From contig CAYUSS010000005.1 in assembly GCA_964447515.1 (NCBI GenBank), forward strand, positions 1-62,507: a stretch of 62,507 nt of DNA, given 5' to 3'. Both the position numbers and the translations under genes were made by a program. Positions 35,821 to 44,665 of the stretch are shown here, one piece after another (position 1 is the first letter of the stretch; each line of letters begins with the position of its first letter). Origin of the DNA: an uncultured Candidatus Saccharibacteria bacterium (lineage in GTDB: Bacteria; Patescibacteriota; Minisyncoccia; Minisyncoccales; GWA2-38-27). The notes beneath the pieces are model-generated. The model was not told the DNA's origin. It made no database searches and saw only the letters and a list, made by a program, of their open reading frames with translations.

Positions 35821-38800
35821 TTATTGGGCGTAATTACAAATTTCTCTAAAATCACAAAACTTGCACTGCCAGCCAGGATTTGGAGCAAAATCACTCTTTT
35901 CAATTTTTTCAATCTCTAACAATATTTTTTCTTTTTGTTTTTCTTTTTCCTTTTCTTTACCCAAAAAAGAAGTTATCTTCCCTTCTTTTAAATAATAATA
36001 ACCAAGTTTTGTTGGTTTAAGCCCAAAAATCTCTTCAACGGCAATCTGATAAATCAAAAGCTGTTGTTTATCTTCTGAAGATAATTTCTCTTTAAATCTC
36101 CCGGTTTTATAGTCAATAATTCCCACCCCGGTTTTCAATTTATCAATCCTGTCTATTCTGCCCAATAAAATATGTCCTCCCAGCTTTAATTTAAAAGGCA
36201 GTTCCAGAGCAATTTGCTTATTGATTCTTAAAATCTCCGGCGGCTTTTCTTGAAATTTATTGTAAAAATCTTTAAGTATTTTCCTGCCTAATTTATAATA
36301 TCCCTGCTTTTGATTTTGGGATTCATACCATTCATCAATCCATTTTTGCTTATATATCTTAACTAAATCTTCAAAATTAAAACCCTTAACACCCGACGTT
36401 TTCCTCGGCGCCTCTGGCGCCAATTCCTCAACGTCGGGTGTTGAAAGGTCGGGTTTTGTATCAACAAACAAATTGCTCTGGCTAACCCATTTTTGTTCAA
36501 TAACCAATTTCACAAACTGGTATAAGGTATTGTGTATTGTCTTACCAAAAGAGAAAACCGCCTTGCCCCTAATCGGCACTCTAAGAATATGGGCAAATTT
36601 ATATTGTAAAGGGCATTTTTCAAAAGCGGCTAATTGGGAAAATGAAAAATGAGAAGGCAGGATATTCTTAACGCCCTTAATACTCTTAACATCTTCAACA
36701 CCCGACGTTTCCCTTGGCGCCTCTGGCCCGCCTAAATTTTTCTCTGAAAAACTTAGGCGGGCTGGCGTCAATTCCTCAAGGTTGGGTGTTGTAACATCAA
36801 GTTTTTTACCAAAACCCATTTCAATTAAAAATCTTGATGGTTTCTTCTTTCTCAGACCACCGTAATCATCGGCTGAAGTAAAAAATAATTTCTCCTTTGC
36901 TCGAGTCATTGCCACATAACAAAGCCTTCTCTCCTCTTGTAAATGGACATCGCCTTGAGTAATAAGCTCTTTAACTAATTCCCGGGGAATTTCAATCGGT
37001 TCTTTGCGTTCAGTAGTTGGAAATTTTCTGTCTGTTAAATTAACTAAAAATACATATTTGAATTCCAGACCCTTGGCCGAATGAATAGTCATTATTCTGA
37101 CCATATCCGGCCCCTGTTCAGGGTCAAATTCAAGTTTACCCTGCTGTCCTGATTCTATTTCTAAATTTATTTGTTCTATAAAATTTTTAAGGGTTGGGTC
37201 TATTGCCAATTCCTCAAACTCTTTGACTTTTTTATAAAACTGATTGATTAAATCCAAGTCCTGCTTGCCTCCCATCACTTTTTCTTGAAAAGTGGTGGGG
37301 GGTTTACTTTCTTTATCTATCAAATAATTTAAATAACCGGAATCTTTTAAAAAGGCAACCAAAACCTCAGAAACATTTTTCTGGCGCGACAGCTCAGTGT
37401 GTTTCTGAAGTAAACTTAAAAGAAAATTAATTTTATTATGGGTTTTTTGGGAAAGGCCGTAAATTAAAGGAAGCTCCCGGAGGGTCTGGTAAATTGATTT
37501 TGCTTTCCGCCAACTATATTGAGTAATTTTCATTATTTCTTCTGAAGGAATTTCTAAAAATGGCAAATTCAAAATTCTATAAATTGAAGAACCCTCCTCA
37601 TAATTATCTAAAAGTTTAAAATAAGAAATAATATCTAAAATAACCGGCTTGGTATAAAGTCCCCGAGAGGCTAAAAACTGATAAGGAAAACCGGCTCTCT
37701 CTAATGCCCTAATAAATGAGTTGGCTGATTCATTTGTTCTAACTAAAATAGCAAAATCATTAAAATTTGCTTCTTTGTCTTTTTTCAAAATCTCGCTAAT
37801 TTTATTGAGCACTCCCTGGGTCTCCTCCTCTGAATCTTTAAAATGTGAGCACTCAATAAGACCTTTGTCTTTTTTGTCAGCAATCAATTTTTTATTAACT
37901 TTACTAACATATTCAAGCCGATTGGGATTATTGGCTTTGATAAATTTGTAAGATAAATCCAAGATATTTTGAGCAGAACGATAATTTTTAATCAAAGAAA
38001 TTTCTTTCGCCTTGGGAAAATCTTTCCTGAATTGGATAATGTTATTAAAAGAGGCCCCGCGCCATCTATAGATTGCCTGGTCATCGTCAGCCGAGACCGT
38101 AAGATTATTTTTTGGTACGGCTAATATTTTTGCTAATTCATATTGAGCCCAGTTAGTATCCTGAAACTCGTCAATTAAAATATACTTAAATTTTTCTCTG
38201 TACTTTTCCAAAATAAGGGGTCTTTCTTGGAAAAGTTTCAAGCAGTAATTAATTAAGTCGCCAAAATCCAAAAAATTATTTTCCAGAAGCAAATTCTGAT
38301 AAATATGATATGCCTCAGCCACCTCTTTAATTCTTTCTGTTTCCTGATTTTCCGGCAAATCAGTGAGATTAGTTTTTAGCCCTTCGCTATATTTTAAATA
38401 ATCTTCTGGATAAATTCCCTGGTCTTTACAACGGGAAAAATGAGAAATTAAAGCCTGGACAAATTTAGTTGGTCTGCCCAAGGGTTTGTAATAATCAAGC
38501 TTAAATTTATCTAAATTCTGCCTAATCAAAAGCCAAGCGGCAGTTTGGTCTAATAATTTAAAATCAGGAGACAAGCCAATATCCAAAGCATGCTCTTTTA
38601 AAATTCTTTGACAAAAAGAATGAAAAGTAGAAATCCATAAATCCATATAGCCGTAGGGCAAAAGTATATCTACCCGTTCTTCCATTTCTCCGGCCGCTTT
38701 GTCAGTAAAAGTTACTGCTAAAATTTCCTCCGGTTTAGCTTTGTTGCTTTCAATTAAATAAGCAATGCGTTGGGTAATTACTGTTGTTTTGCCGGTGCCG

Positions 38801-38883
38801 GCTCCGGCCACAATTAGAAGCGGTCCCTGTCCATAAGTAACCGCTTGTTTTTGTTCTTTATTTAATTTATTTTGAATATTCAT
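35821..38883 (-). CDS. UvrD/PcrA-family helicase fused to a C-terminal PD-(D/E)xK nuclease
   Basis: AGAGTGKT, IDEFQD, DDDQAIY.WRG, TIHSAKGLEF, EERRLCYVAMTRAK; C-terminal GRIDRID/IIDYKTG and four-Cys motif. Confidence 0.92.
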   Translation of the reverse strand: MNIQNKLNKEQKQAVTYGQGPLLIVAGAGTGKTTVITQRIAYLIESNKAKPEEILAVTFTDKAAGEMEERVDILLPYGYMDLWISTFHSFCQRILKEHALDIGLSPDFKLLDQTAAWLLIRQNLDKFKLDYYKPLGRPTKFVQALISHFSRCKDQGIYPEDYLKYSEGLKTNLTDLPENQETERIKEVAEAYHIYQNLLLENNFLDFGDLINYCLKLFQERPLILEKYREKFKYILIDEFQDTNWAQYELAKILAVPKNNLTVSADDDQAIYRWRGASFNNIIQFRKDFPKAKEISLIKNYRSAQNILDLSYKFIKANNPNRLEYVSKVNKKLIADKKDKGLIECSHFKDSEEETQGVLNKISEILKKDKEANFNDFAILVRTNESANSFIRALERAGFPYQFLASRGLYTKPVILDIISYFKLLDNYEEGSSIYRILNLPFLEIPSEEIMKITQYSWRKAKSIYQTLRELPLIYGLSQKTHNKINFLLSLLQKHTELSRQKNVSEVLVAFLKDSGYLNYLIDKESKPPTTFQEKVMGGKQDLDLINQFYKKVKEFEELAIDPTLKNFIEQINLEIESGQQGKLEFDPEQGPDMVRIMTIHSAKGLEFKYVFLVNLTDRKFPTTERKEPIEIPRELVKELITQGDVHLQEERRLCYVAMTRAKEKLFFTSADDYGGLRKKKPSRFLIEMGFGKKLDVTTPNLEELTPARLSFSEKNLGGPEAPRETSGVEDVKSIKGVKNILPSHFSFSQLAAFEKCPLQYKFAHILRVPIRGKAVFSFGKTIHNTLYQFVKLVIEQKWVSQSNLFVDTKPDLSTPDVEELAPEAPRKTSGVKGFNFEDLVKIYKQKWIDEWYESQNQKQGYYKLGRKILKDFYNKFQEKPPEILRINKQIALELPFKLKLGGHILLGRIDRIDKLKTGVGIIDYKTGRFKEKLSSEDKQQLLIYQIAVEEIFGLKPTKLGYYYLKEGKITSFLGKEKEKEKQKEKILLEIEKIEKSDFAPNPGWQCKFCDFREICNYAQ
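36388..36789. repeat. two family E elements in UvrD; the second carries a nested 39-bp family A insertion
   Basis: AACACCCGACGTT...AACGTCGGGTGTT at ~36388-36442; copy at ~36696-36789 interrupted by CCGCCTAAATTTTTCTCTGAAAAACTTAGGCGGGCTGGC. Confidence 0.88.
37268..37302. repeat. family B palindrome in-frame in UvrD
   Basis: CCTCCCATCACTTTTTCTTGAAAAGTGGTGGGGGG; peptide PPTTFQEKVMGG versus PPTTFQGKVVGG in FtsZ. Confidence 0.88.
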
Positions 38884-38943
38884 TAAGCCATTTTATCAAA
38901 TTTTCCAAACAAATTAAAGGGCTCATTTTTCCTAAAATGAGCC

Positions 38944-39456
38944 CTATTGACAAAAGTGCTTTTGCTTTTTATTACCATTTTTCAGAAATAGAATTTTCTC
39001 TTCAATAAATTCCCTACTTTCTTCTAAACCAATTGGCAATACTGGAATTTCAGGATGTTTCTTTTGATGTCTTTCAACCCATTTCCAGCCAGTGACTGAA
39101 AAACGACAAATTTTATACTGGCTCTCAACGTAAACAAAAATAAAATCCACTCCTTTGACTAAATCAGCATAACTTAATTCCCCTGTTCCTGAATAATCGC
39201 GGATTTTCCCTTTCTCTTTTAAGCTCTGAAGGGCATCAGAAACTTTTTTTTCTCTCAATTTACCAATAGATTGGTTTTTTTCTGACCCCTCTAAGATTTT
39301 CTTTTGAATTTTTGGTTGAACCCTGGCTAAAGTTTCAGCTTTTTCTACTTCTTTAGGAAATATCTCCAGCCAGTCATTTCTCTTCCAGGGTTTCCTTTCT
39401 CTTATCTTCTTTTTATGACTTATTTTTTTTCTCAATCTTTTTGCCAATTTAATCAC
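38944..39456 (-). CDS. hypothetical protein (possible PD-(D/E)xK-like fold)
   Basis: 170 aa ORF; D..KGVDF segment. Confidence 0.55.
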   Translation of the reverse strand: MIKLAKRLRKKISHKKKIRERKPWKRNDWLEIFPKEVEKAETLARVQPKIQKKILEGSEKNQSIGKLREKKVSDALQSLKEKGKIRDYSGTGELSYADLVKGVDFIFVYVESQYKICRFSVTGWKWVERHQKKHPEIPVLPIGLEESREFIEEKILFLKNGNKKQKHFCQ

Positions 39457-39672
39457 CTCTCTTCCTTTTTGTTAATGTGCCAATTTTATTTTACCCCGTT
39501 AGAAATTTAAAATCAATGCAATTCATTTGTAATAAAATAAAAAAACCAAAAAATTTCTAACGGGGTTTGGCTGTCCCTGTTTAACTTACGATGTTAAACA
39601 TTTTAAAAATTGATTGGTTTTAAAAATCAGAGTTGACACCATTTTTTTATTTACCAGAAATTAAAAAAATTT

Positions 39673-39693
39673 GGGGCTCCTGAAAGGAGCCCC
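39673..39693 (-). terminator. intrinsic terminator
   Basis: GGGGCTCC-5 nt-GGAGCCCC followed by a U-rich tract on the minus strand. Confidence 0.7.
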
Positions 39694-39865
39694 TTTAAAT
39701 TGTAGGGATACTGTCATCTCGGAGGTGAACGAGCATGGTAACTATTTACTCCCTGACCTCTCCTAAGAAAGAACTGCTCCCTCAATTTGTGCCTCCTTTC
39801 TGGAGTTTTAAATTGAGGCACAACGCCCTTAGGCACTCTGCCCAAAGGCACAAAGACCTGGATGG

Positions 39866-39893
39866 AGTATAACAAACGCAAAAATCTTGTCAA
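39866..39893 (-). promoter_or_regulatory. sigma70 promoter
   Basis: TTGACA-16-TATACT with extended -10 TG. Confidence 0.65.
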
Positions 39894-40218
39894 CCGTCTT
39901 AGGTGTGAATAACTCTCTTTATTTATGTTTAACTTACGATGTTAAGCATTTTAAAAATTGATTGGTTCATTTTTCTTAAAAATTCGGAAACGTCCCTAAT
40001 TTTTTCTTCTTCTATAAAAATTCAGAGTTGACCCCATTTTTCAACATTTTTCAATAATAGGTGCCAAGGCAAGTACTCTCGAAAATAAAAAACAGCCCGA
40101 AGATGGACTTTTTTGATTATTCTAATATTCTTAAGTTCCAAAATGTTAATGAAAGAAATCAGAAATTTATTATTTATAAAAAAATGCCGCCTCTATTCGC
40201 ACAGAAGCGGCTCTGTTT

Positions 40219-40887
40219 TCAACCCAGTCTTCCTTTAGGAAACACGGGGTTCCAAATCAGAATTTCTCCTTTGCCCCTGCATTCCCAGCAGACTCGGTAT
40301 ATGGGACCATTTTCGTCTTTCCCCCACACGGTCTTTGTTCCCAGACATTTGGGACACCTCATCATGAGAAGCGGATGTCTGAAGACACCAGTTCCGTTAC
40401 ACGCTCTGCAATCCACAACTCTTCTGGTTCTTCGCTGAGTAAACTTACCAGTGCCCCTACAAGCACGACAAGGAAATTCCCTGGAAACACGGCCTAACTC
40501 ATCACATTCTTCACAAACACTCCAACTACGTCCATATTCAATCGTATATCCACGATGCTCGCAAGTAGGGCAATTTTTTCCATTGGTTGTAGGACCTAAT
40601 CCTTGACCGAGTTCAACCAAAGGAATACCATCTACCGTTTTCTTAGAATTACCATTAATCTCCTCCTCTCTAAAAACACCGAGTGCTTTCCCGTGCAGTG
40701 CTAAAAGAAACTCGTATGCGTTCTGCATTTTCTTGAAAGCTTCCTCACTGCCTCCCAAATCGGGGTGTAATTCTCTGCTGGCTTTGCGGTATGCTTTCTT
40801 GAAATCTCCAATACTCAAAGGCAGAGTTAGACCAAAAAACTTTTCAGCAAAACTCGCAGCCTTAACTAAAGAACCATTGGCATGCAT
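40219..40887 (-). CDS. J-domain protein with six CxxC(xGxG)-type Zn repeats
   Basis: KKAYRKASRELHPDLGG; CPTC, CEEC, CRAC x2, CPKC, CWEC. Confidence 0.8.
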   Translation of the reverse strand: MHANGSLVKAASFAEKFFGLTLPLSIGDFKKAYRKASRELHPDLGGSEEAFKKMQNAYEFLLALHGKALGVFREEEINGNSKKTVDGIPLVELGQGLGPTTNGKNCPTCEHRGYTIEYGRSWSVCEECDELGRVSREFPCRACRGTGKFTQRRTRRVVDCRACNGTGVFRHPLLMMRCPKCLGTKTVWGKDENGPIYRVCWECRGKGEILIWNPVFPKGRLG

Positions 40888-40942
40888 TTGGGCATCCTCC
40901 TTTAACGGGTTTTAAAAGGTCTCACAAATTTCCTTTATTATG

Positions 40943-40971
40943 ATTATAACAAATTAGATTATATTTGTCAA
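40943..40971 (-). promoter_or_regulatory. consensus sigma70 promoter for the J-domain gene
   Basis: TTGACA-17-TATAAT on the minus strand. Confidence 0.75.
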
Positions 40972-41234
40972 GCACAAAGCGAATGAAAATAAAAACAGCC
41001 CAGTGATGGGCTTTTGGTACCGAACAATAGCCCCCAGCTCCCCCAACTGAACGCTATCCGAACCTGTCTAAGAAAAATAGAAAAATAGGAAAAATAGGGG
41101 AAAATAGGGGAAAAATAGTGTCAACTCTGATTTTTTTTAAATACTTTACCTAGAATTGATTAACTTTAAAAAATAGAGTCGACTCCATTTCTCCCTCTTT
41201 TAGACCTCATTTTTAGATTTTTTTGTATAAAAAT

Positions 41235-41558
41235 TTATTCTTTTGAGAACCAGCCCGCTCTTTTCAGTGCTTCTATGGCAATCCTATTGCTTGGACCGTC
41301 CCCTCTGGCTACGGAAACACTAACATTTTCCCCAACTGCTTCTGATAATTCAGCGACATCTTTATTGGTAAATCCCGGGCAGAGAAGAATTGAGCAAACA
41401 CCTTGTTTTTCAACAAATTCTTTAGACACTTCAAGGGCTTGTTCTTGGTTTCTAACCAAGGTTACAAAAAGCTTGTATTTAGATGTTTCAATCACACTTC
41501 GATGCTTTTTTGGCTCTGCATCGGGAGTGTGAGCGAGAAAAAGTGCTTTAAATACCAT
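41235..41558 (-). CDS. conserved small protein (DUF6506-like)
   Basis: FLAHTPDA, SILLCPGF, ARGDGPS. Confidence 0.7.
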   Translation of the reverse strand: MVFKALFLAHTPDAEPKKHRSVIETSKYKLFVTLVRNQEQALEVSKEFVEKQGVCSILLCPGFTNKDVAELSEAVGENVSVSVARGDGPSNRIAIEALKRAGWFSKE

Positions 41559-41570
41559 AATTATCACTTC

Positions 41571-42365
41571 CTATCTATTTTCGTTTTCGTCTCCCTCGTT
41601 TTTATTCTCTTTTGGTAATTCTTTGCCAAATCTTTCAAAGGCCCTCAAAATTTCCAAGGGCACGGCAAAAATAATCGTATTTGACTGGTCAGAACTTATA
41701 TCATTGATTGACTGAAGGGTTCTTAAATGAAGGGCTCCCTTGGCTTCCGATAAGGTTCTGGCAGCTTTAGCCATATTGTTAGCGGCAATAACTTCTCCTT
41801 CAGCCCTGATAATTATCGCTCTTTTTTCTCTCTCTGCTTCTGCCTGCTTGCCAATCACTCTTTTCATTTCTTCCGGCAATGTTATATCTTTTAACTCCAC
41901 ATTAATAACTTTAATCCCCCAAGGGTCACTGGCTTTATCAATAATGTCCCTTATGCTTTCTGAAACTCTGTCTCTTTGAGAAAGAAGCCCGTCTAAATCC
42001 ACCTGACCAACGGCGTTTCGCATTGTTGTTTGGGCTAATTGAGAAATGGCATAGTAAAAATCCTCTACCTCCAAAACCGCCTTATCGGCTTCCCGAACTT
42101 TATAATAAATAACGGCATTAACACTAACCGAGATGTTGTCTTTAGTAATTGCCTCTTGATTTGCCACATCCACTGCTTTCACCCTTAAATCTATCTTTCT
42201 GTAAGAATAGAAAATCGGCCAAATCAATCTCCAGCCGGGCTTCATTATACCAATATACTTTCCCAATCTAAACTTAACTCCATTTTGATACTGATTAATT
42301 TGTCTAATAGAAATTAAAACTATAACAATAATCGCTATTAAAATTGTCCAAATTATACTTGGCAT
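41571..42365 (-). CDS. SPFH/band 7 (slipin) protein
   Basis: ITKDNISVSVNAVIYY, AQTTMRNAVG, WGIKV..VELKD, AEAEREKRA. Confidence 0.93.
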   Translation of the reverse strand: MPSIIWTILIAIIVIVLISIRQINQYQNGVKFRLGKYIGIMKPGWRLIWPIFYSYRKIDLRVKAVDVANQEAITKDNISVSVNAVIYYKVREADKAVLEVEDFYYAISQLAQTTMRNAVGQVDLDGLLSQRDRVSESIRDIIDKASDPWGIKVINVELKDITLPEEMKRVIGKQAEAEREKRAIIIRAEGEVIAANNMAKAARTLSEAKGALHLRTLQSINDISSDQSNTIIFAVPLEILRAFERFGKELPKENKNEGDENENR

Positions 42366-42521
42366 ATTTTTTTACCCTGTTAAATACTGTTTTACGGCAA
42401 TTTTGCCAAAGACAAAATTATTTAACAAGGTGAATTATTAATAATAAATCTCTTTTTGCCCTTTCTTAAATTTTACCACAATTAAAAATCCAAGGCAATC
42501 TGCTCGCTGATGAAAAAGGTG

Positions 42522-42583
42522 AAAAAGGTGTCAGGAACCTTTTTCCGTTCACCCTAAAGATAAAAGGTTCCTGACACCTTTTT
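42522..42583. repeat. REP/REPIN-like 22-bp perfect inverted repeat
   Basis: AAAAAGGTGTCAGGAACCTTTT-18 nt-AAAAGGTTCCTGACACCTTTTT. Confidence 0.85.
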
Positions 42584-42605
42584 CCAGTGAAATATAACCT
42601 TCCGC

Positions 42606-43679
42606 CTATTCCGTTTTGTTGATAAAAACCGTTTGAGTAGGATAGGCAAAGATAATTCCCTCCTTTTCAAATTGCTCCTTAATGGCAAGATTTATTTCCT
42701 GCTGGGTGTCCATATACTGGTTATAATCGCTGCTATTTAAATAATAGACTACTTCAAAATTCAAACTGAAATCACCGAAAGCTTTAAAATGAACTCGGTC
42801 TATCTCGGCAAGATCAACTTTATCTATAATATCTTTAATCAAAGCAGGTATTTTTTTAATTTTTTCTGTGGGGGTTTCGTAAAGTACGCCAAAAGTAAAA
42901 ACAATTCTTCTTTTTTCCATTTTTTTGTAGTTGTGCACCCTGGTCTCTGTTAACTCCTTGTTAGAAACCACTAACTCTTCCCCTTGGAGAGTTTGGATTC
43001 GGGTAGATTTGATTCCGATTTTCTTTACCACCCCCATATCATTACTAACTATGATAAAATCTCCCACCTGAAAGGGTTTATCAAGATAAATAGAAAAAGA
43101 AGAAAAAATATCACCTAAGATATTTTGAAGAGCAAAAGCAATGGCAATTCCCCCAATACCTAAACCGGCAACTAAAGTAGAAATATTATAACCCAAGTTT
43201 TGCAAGATGATGATTATAGCCACCAGCCACAAGACAATTTTGGCGATCTTGTTTAAAAGACGAATAACCGAAGGGTCAAATTCTTTCCCTTGCTTTTCTT
43301 CCTCCCGTTTTATAAATCTCTCAAAAACATAATTGATTATCCTTTGAAAACCTTTAACCAGATAATAGACAACAGAAATTAAAAATAGATAGTAAATGGC
43401 TTTCTCTAAAAGTTCTGGTAATTGGATAAACTGGCAACCTAAGTACAAAGCCAAAAGCAAATAAAGCGGCCAGCCAAGGGAATCAATAACATTTATTATC
43501 AAATCATCAAGTTCTGTTCTAGTATGGTCTATTAGAGCTTTCAGTTTCTTGACTATTACATACTTAAAGAACTTCAAAACAATAATAGATAAAACAAAAA
43601 CTCCAAAAACAATTAGGTATTCCCTCACCGAGTTGTTCCAAAAAGTATAGTTTAAAATTTCACCAAAATCTAATGACAT
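42606..43679 (-). CDS. mscS: small-conductance mechanosensitive channel
   Basis: LVAGLGIGGIAIAFALQ, DKPFQVGDFI, IGIKSTRI, FAYPTQT. Confidence 0.92.
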   Translation of the reverse strand: MSLDFGEILNYTFWNNSVREYLIVFGVFVLSIIVLKFFKYVIVKKLKALIDHTRTELDDLIINVIDSLGWPLYLLLALYLGCQFIQLPELLEKAIYYLFLISVVYYLVKGFQRIINYVFERFIKREEEKQGKEFDPSVIRLLNKIAKIVLWLVAIIIILQNLGYNISTLVAGLGIGGIAIAFALQNILGDIFSSFSIYLDKPFQVGDFIIVSNDMGVVKKIGIKSTRIQTLQGEELVVSNKELTETRVHNYKKMEKRRIVFTFGVLYETPTEKIKKIPALIKDIIDKVDLAEIDRVHFKAFGDFSLNFEVVYYLNSSDYNQYMDTQQEINLAIKEQFEKEGIIFAYPTQTVFINKTE

Positions 43680-43859
43680 AATATTTTTATATTATATACT
43701 AATTTGCTTTTGAAGCACAACCCAATCAGGCAAAGTGAGAGATATAAAATCTCCATCTTTGAATTTCCTCTTGAATTTTTCTATGGTCGGTTGCTTCAAC
43801 TTTTAAAAGATTTTCAATTAAAGGACTCACGTTATTAATTTAGAATACCTTGTCTAAAA

Positions 43860-44051
43860 TTGATTGGCTTAATAAATTTATTCTACCAAAAAATCGCTCT
43901 TTTGGCGATTTTTGATGCGGCTCGGTCTCTCGAACCGAGCACTACCCTGCTCGCTTGGCGGGACAGCTTTCGAACATACGAATGGGAGAAAGCTTGCCCC
44001 GTTCCTGATTTGATTATATCACAAGTTAAGCAATTATTGGCACTGGTATAA
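43860..44051 (+). pseudogene. probable C-terminal relic of a serine recombinase (old island border)
   Basis: LLAWRDSFRTYEW...P.PDLIISQVKQLL resembles the C-termini of CPR site-specific recombinases as recalled; not verified by search. Confidence 0.4.
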
Positions 44052-44151
44052 ATTACCCCACCCCGCTACTCACTATTTCTTATGTTTTCTTGACTAAAAA
44101 AACTCTTCAAATTTGTTTGATGAGTATAAAAAGATTGTTTTACCTTTACTG

Positions 44152-44610
44152 CTATAGGTCCTTTTCTGGTCTCAATTGGATCGATTGAGCTGTAATGCTT
44201 CCGTCCTCATTTGCCTTTCCGCTAATTGTAACTGAGTTTCCGACTTCAAGGTCATCTGGAGTTCCGTTTACAAATTTGCCAACTTCAGTATTATTTGAGT
44301 AAAAGATAATTTTTGAACCGCCGTCCCGAAGTTCTATGGTAATGCTTTGGTCATCTTTTGAAATAACCTCTCCAGTGGCAAAACCAGAATCTGTTCGATC
44401 TCCTATTCTTTCGCCAATAAAACCCATACCAGCCACTCCCATTTCTTGAAATCTTTGCTGGCGTTCTTCTGGGGATAAATTACGGAGTTCTTCAAGATCA
44501 CCCCGTGCAAATCCTTGCGAGGTTTTAGTTTGAGCATACTTCATTCCTCCGTAAAACGCTCCCCCACCGATTACAACAAGCACGATAATAATTGGTAATA
44601 ATTTTTTCAT
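44152..44610 (-). CDS. exported hypothetical protein (DUF5666-like OB fold)
   Basis: [11 protein letters not shown] segment, [37 protein letters not shown]. Confidence 0.65.
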   Translation of the reverse strand: MKKLLPIIIVLVVIGGGAFYGGMKYAQTKTSQGFARGDLEELRNLSPEERQQRFQEMGVAGMGFIGERIGDRTDSGFATGEVISKDDQSITIELRDGGSKIIFYSNNTEVGKFVNGTPDDLEVGNSVTISGKANEDGSITAQSIQLRPEKDL

Positions 44611-44665
44611 GTTGATCCTTGTATTATTGAAAACCTTTATTCAATCGCTCGACCAAGCGATTTTT

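Noticed and set aside
23025-42583. CRISPR array
   Set aside because: The palindromes are dispersed and not regularly spaced with unique spacers; no cas genes are present.
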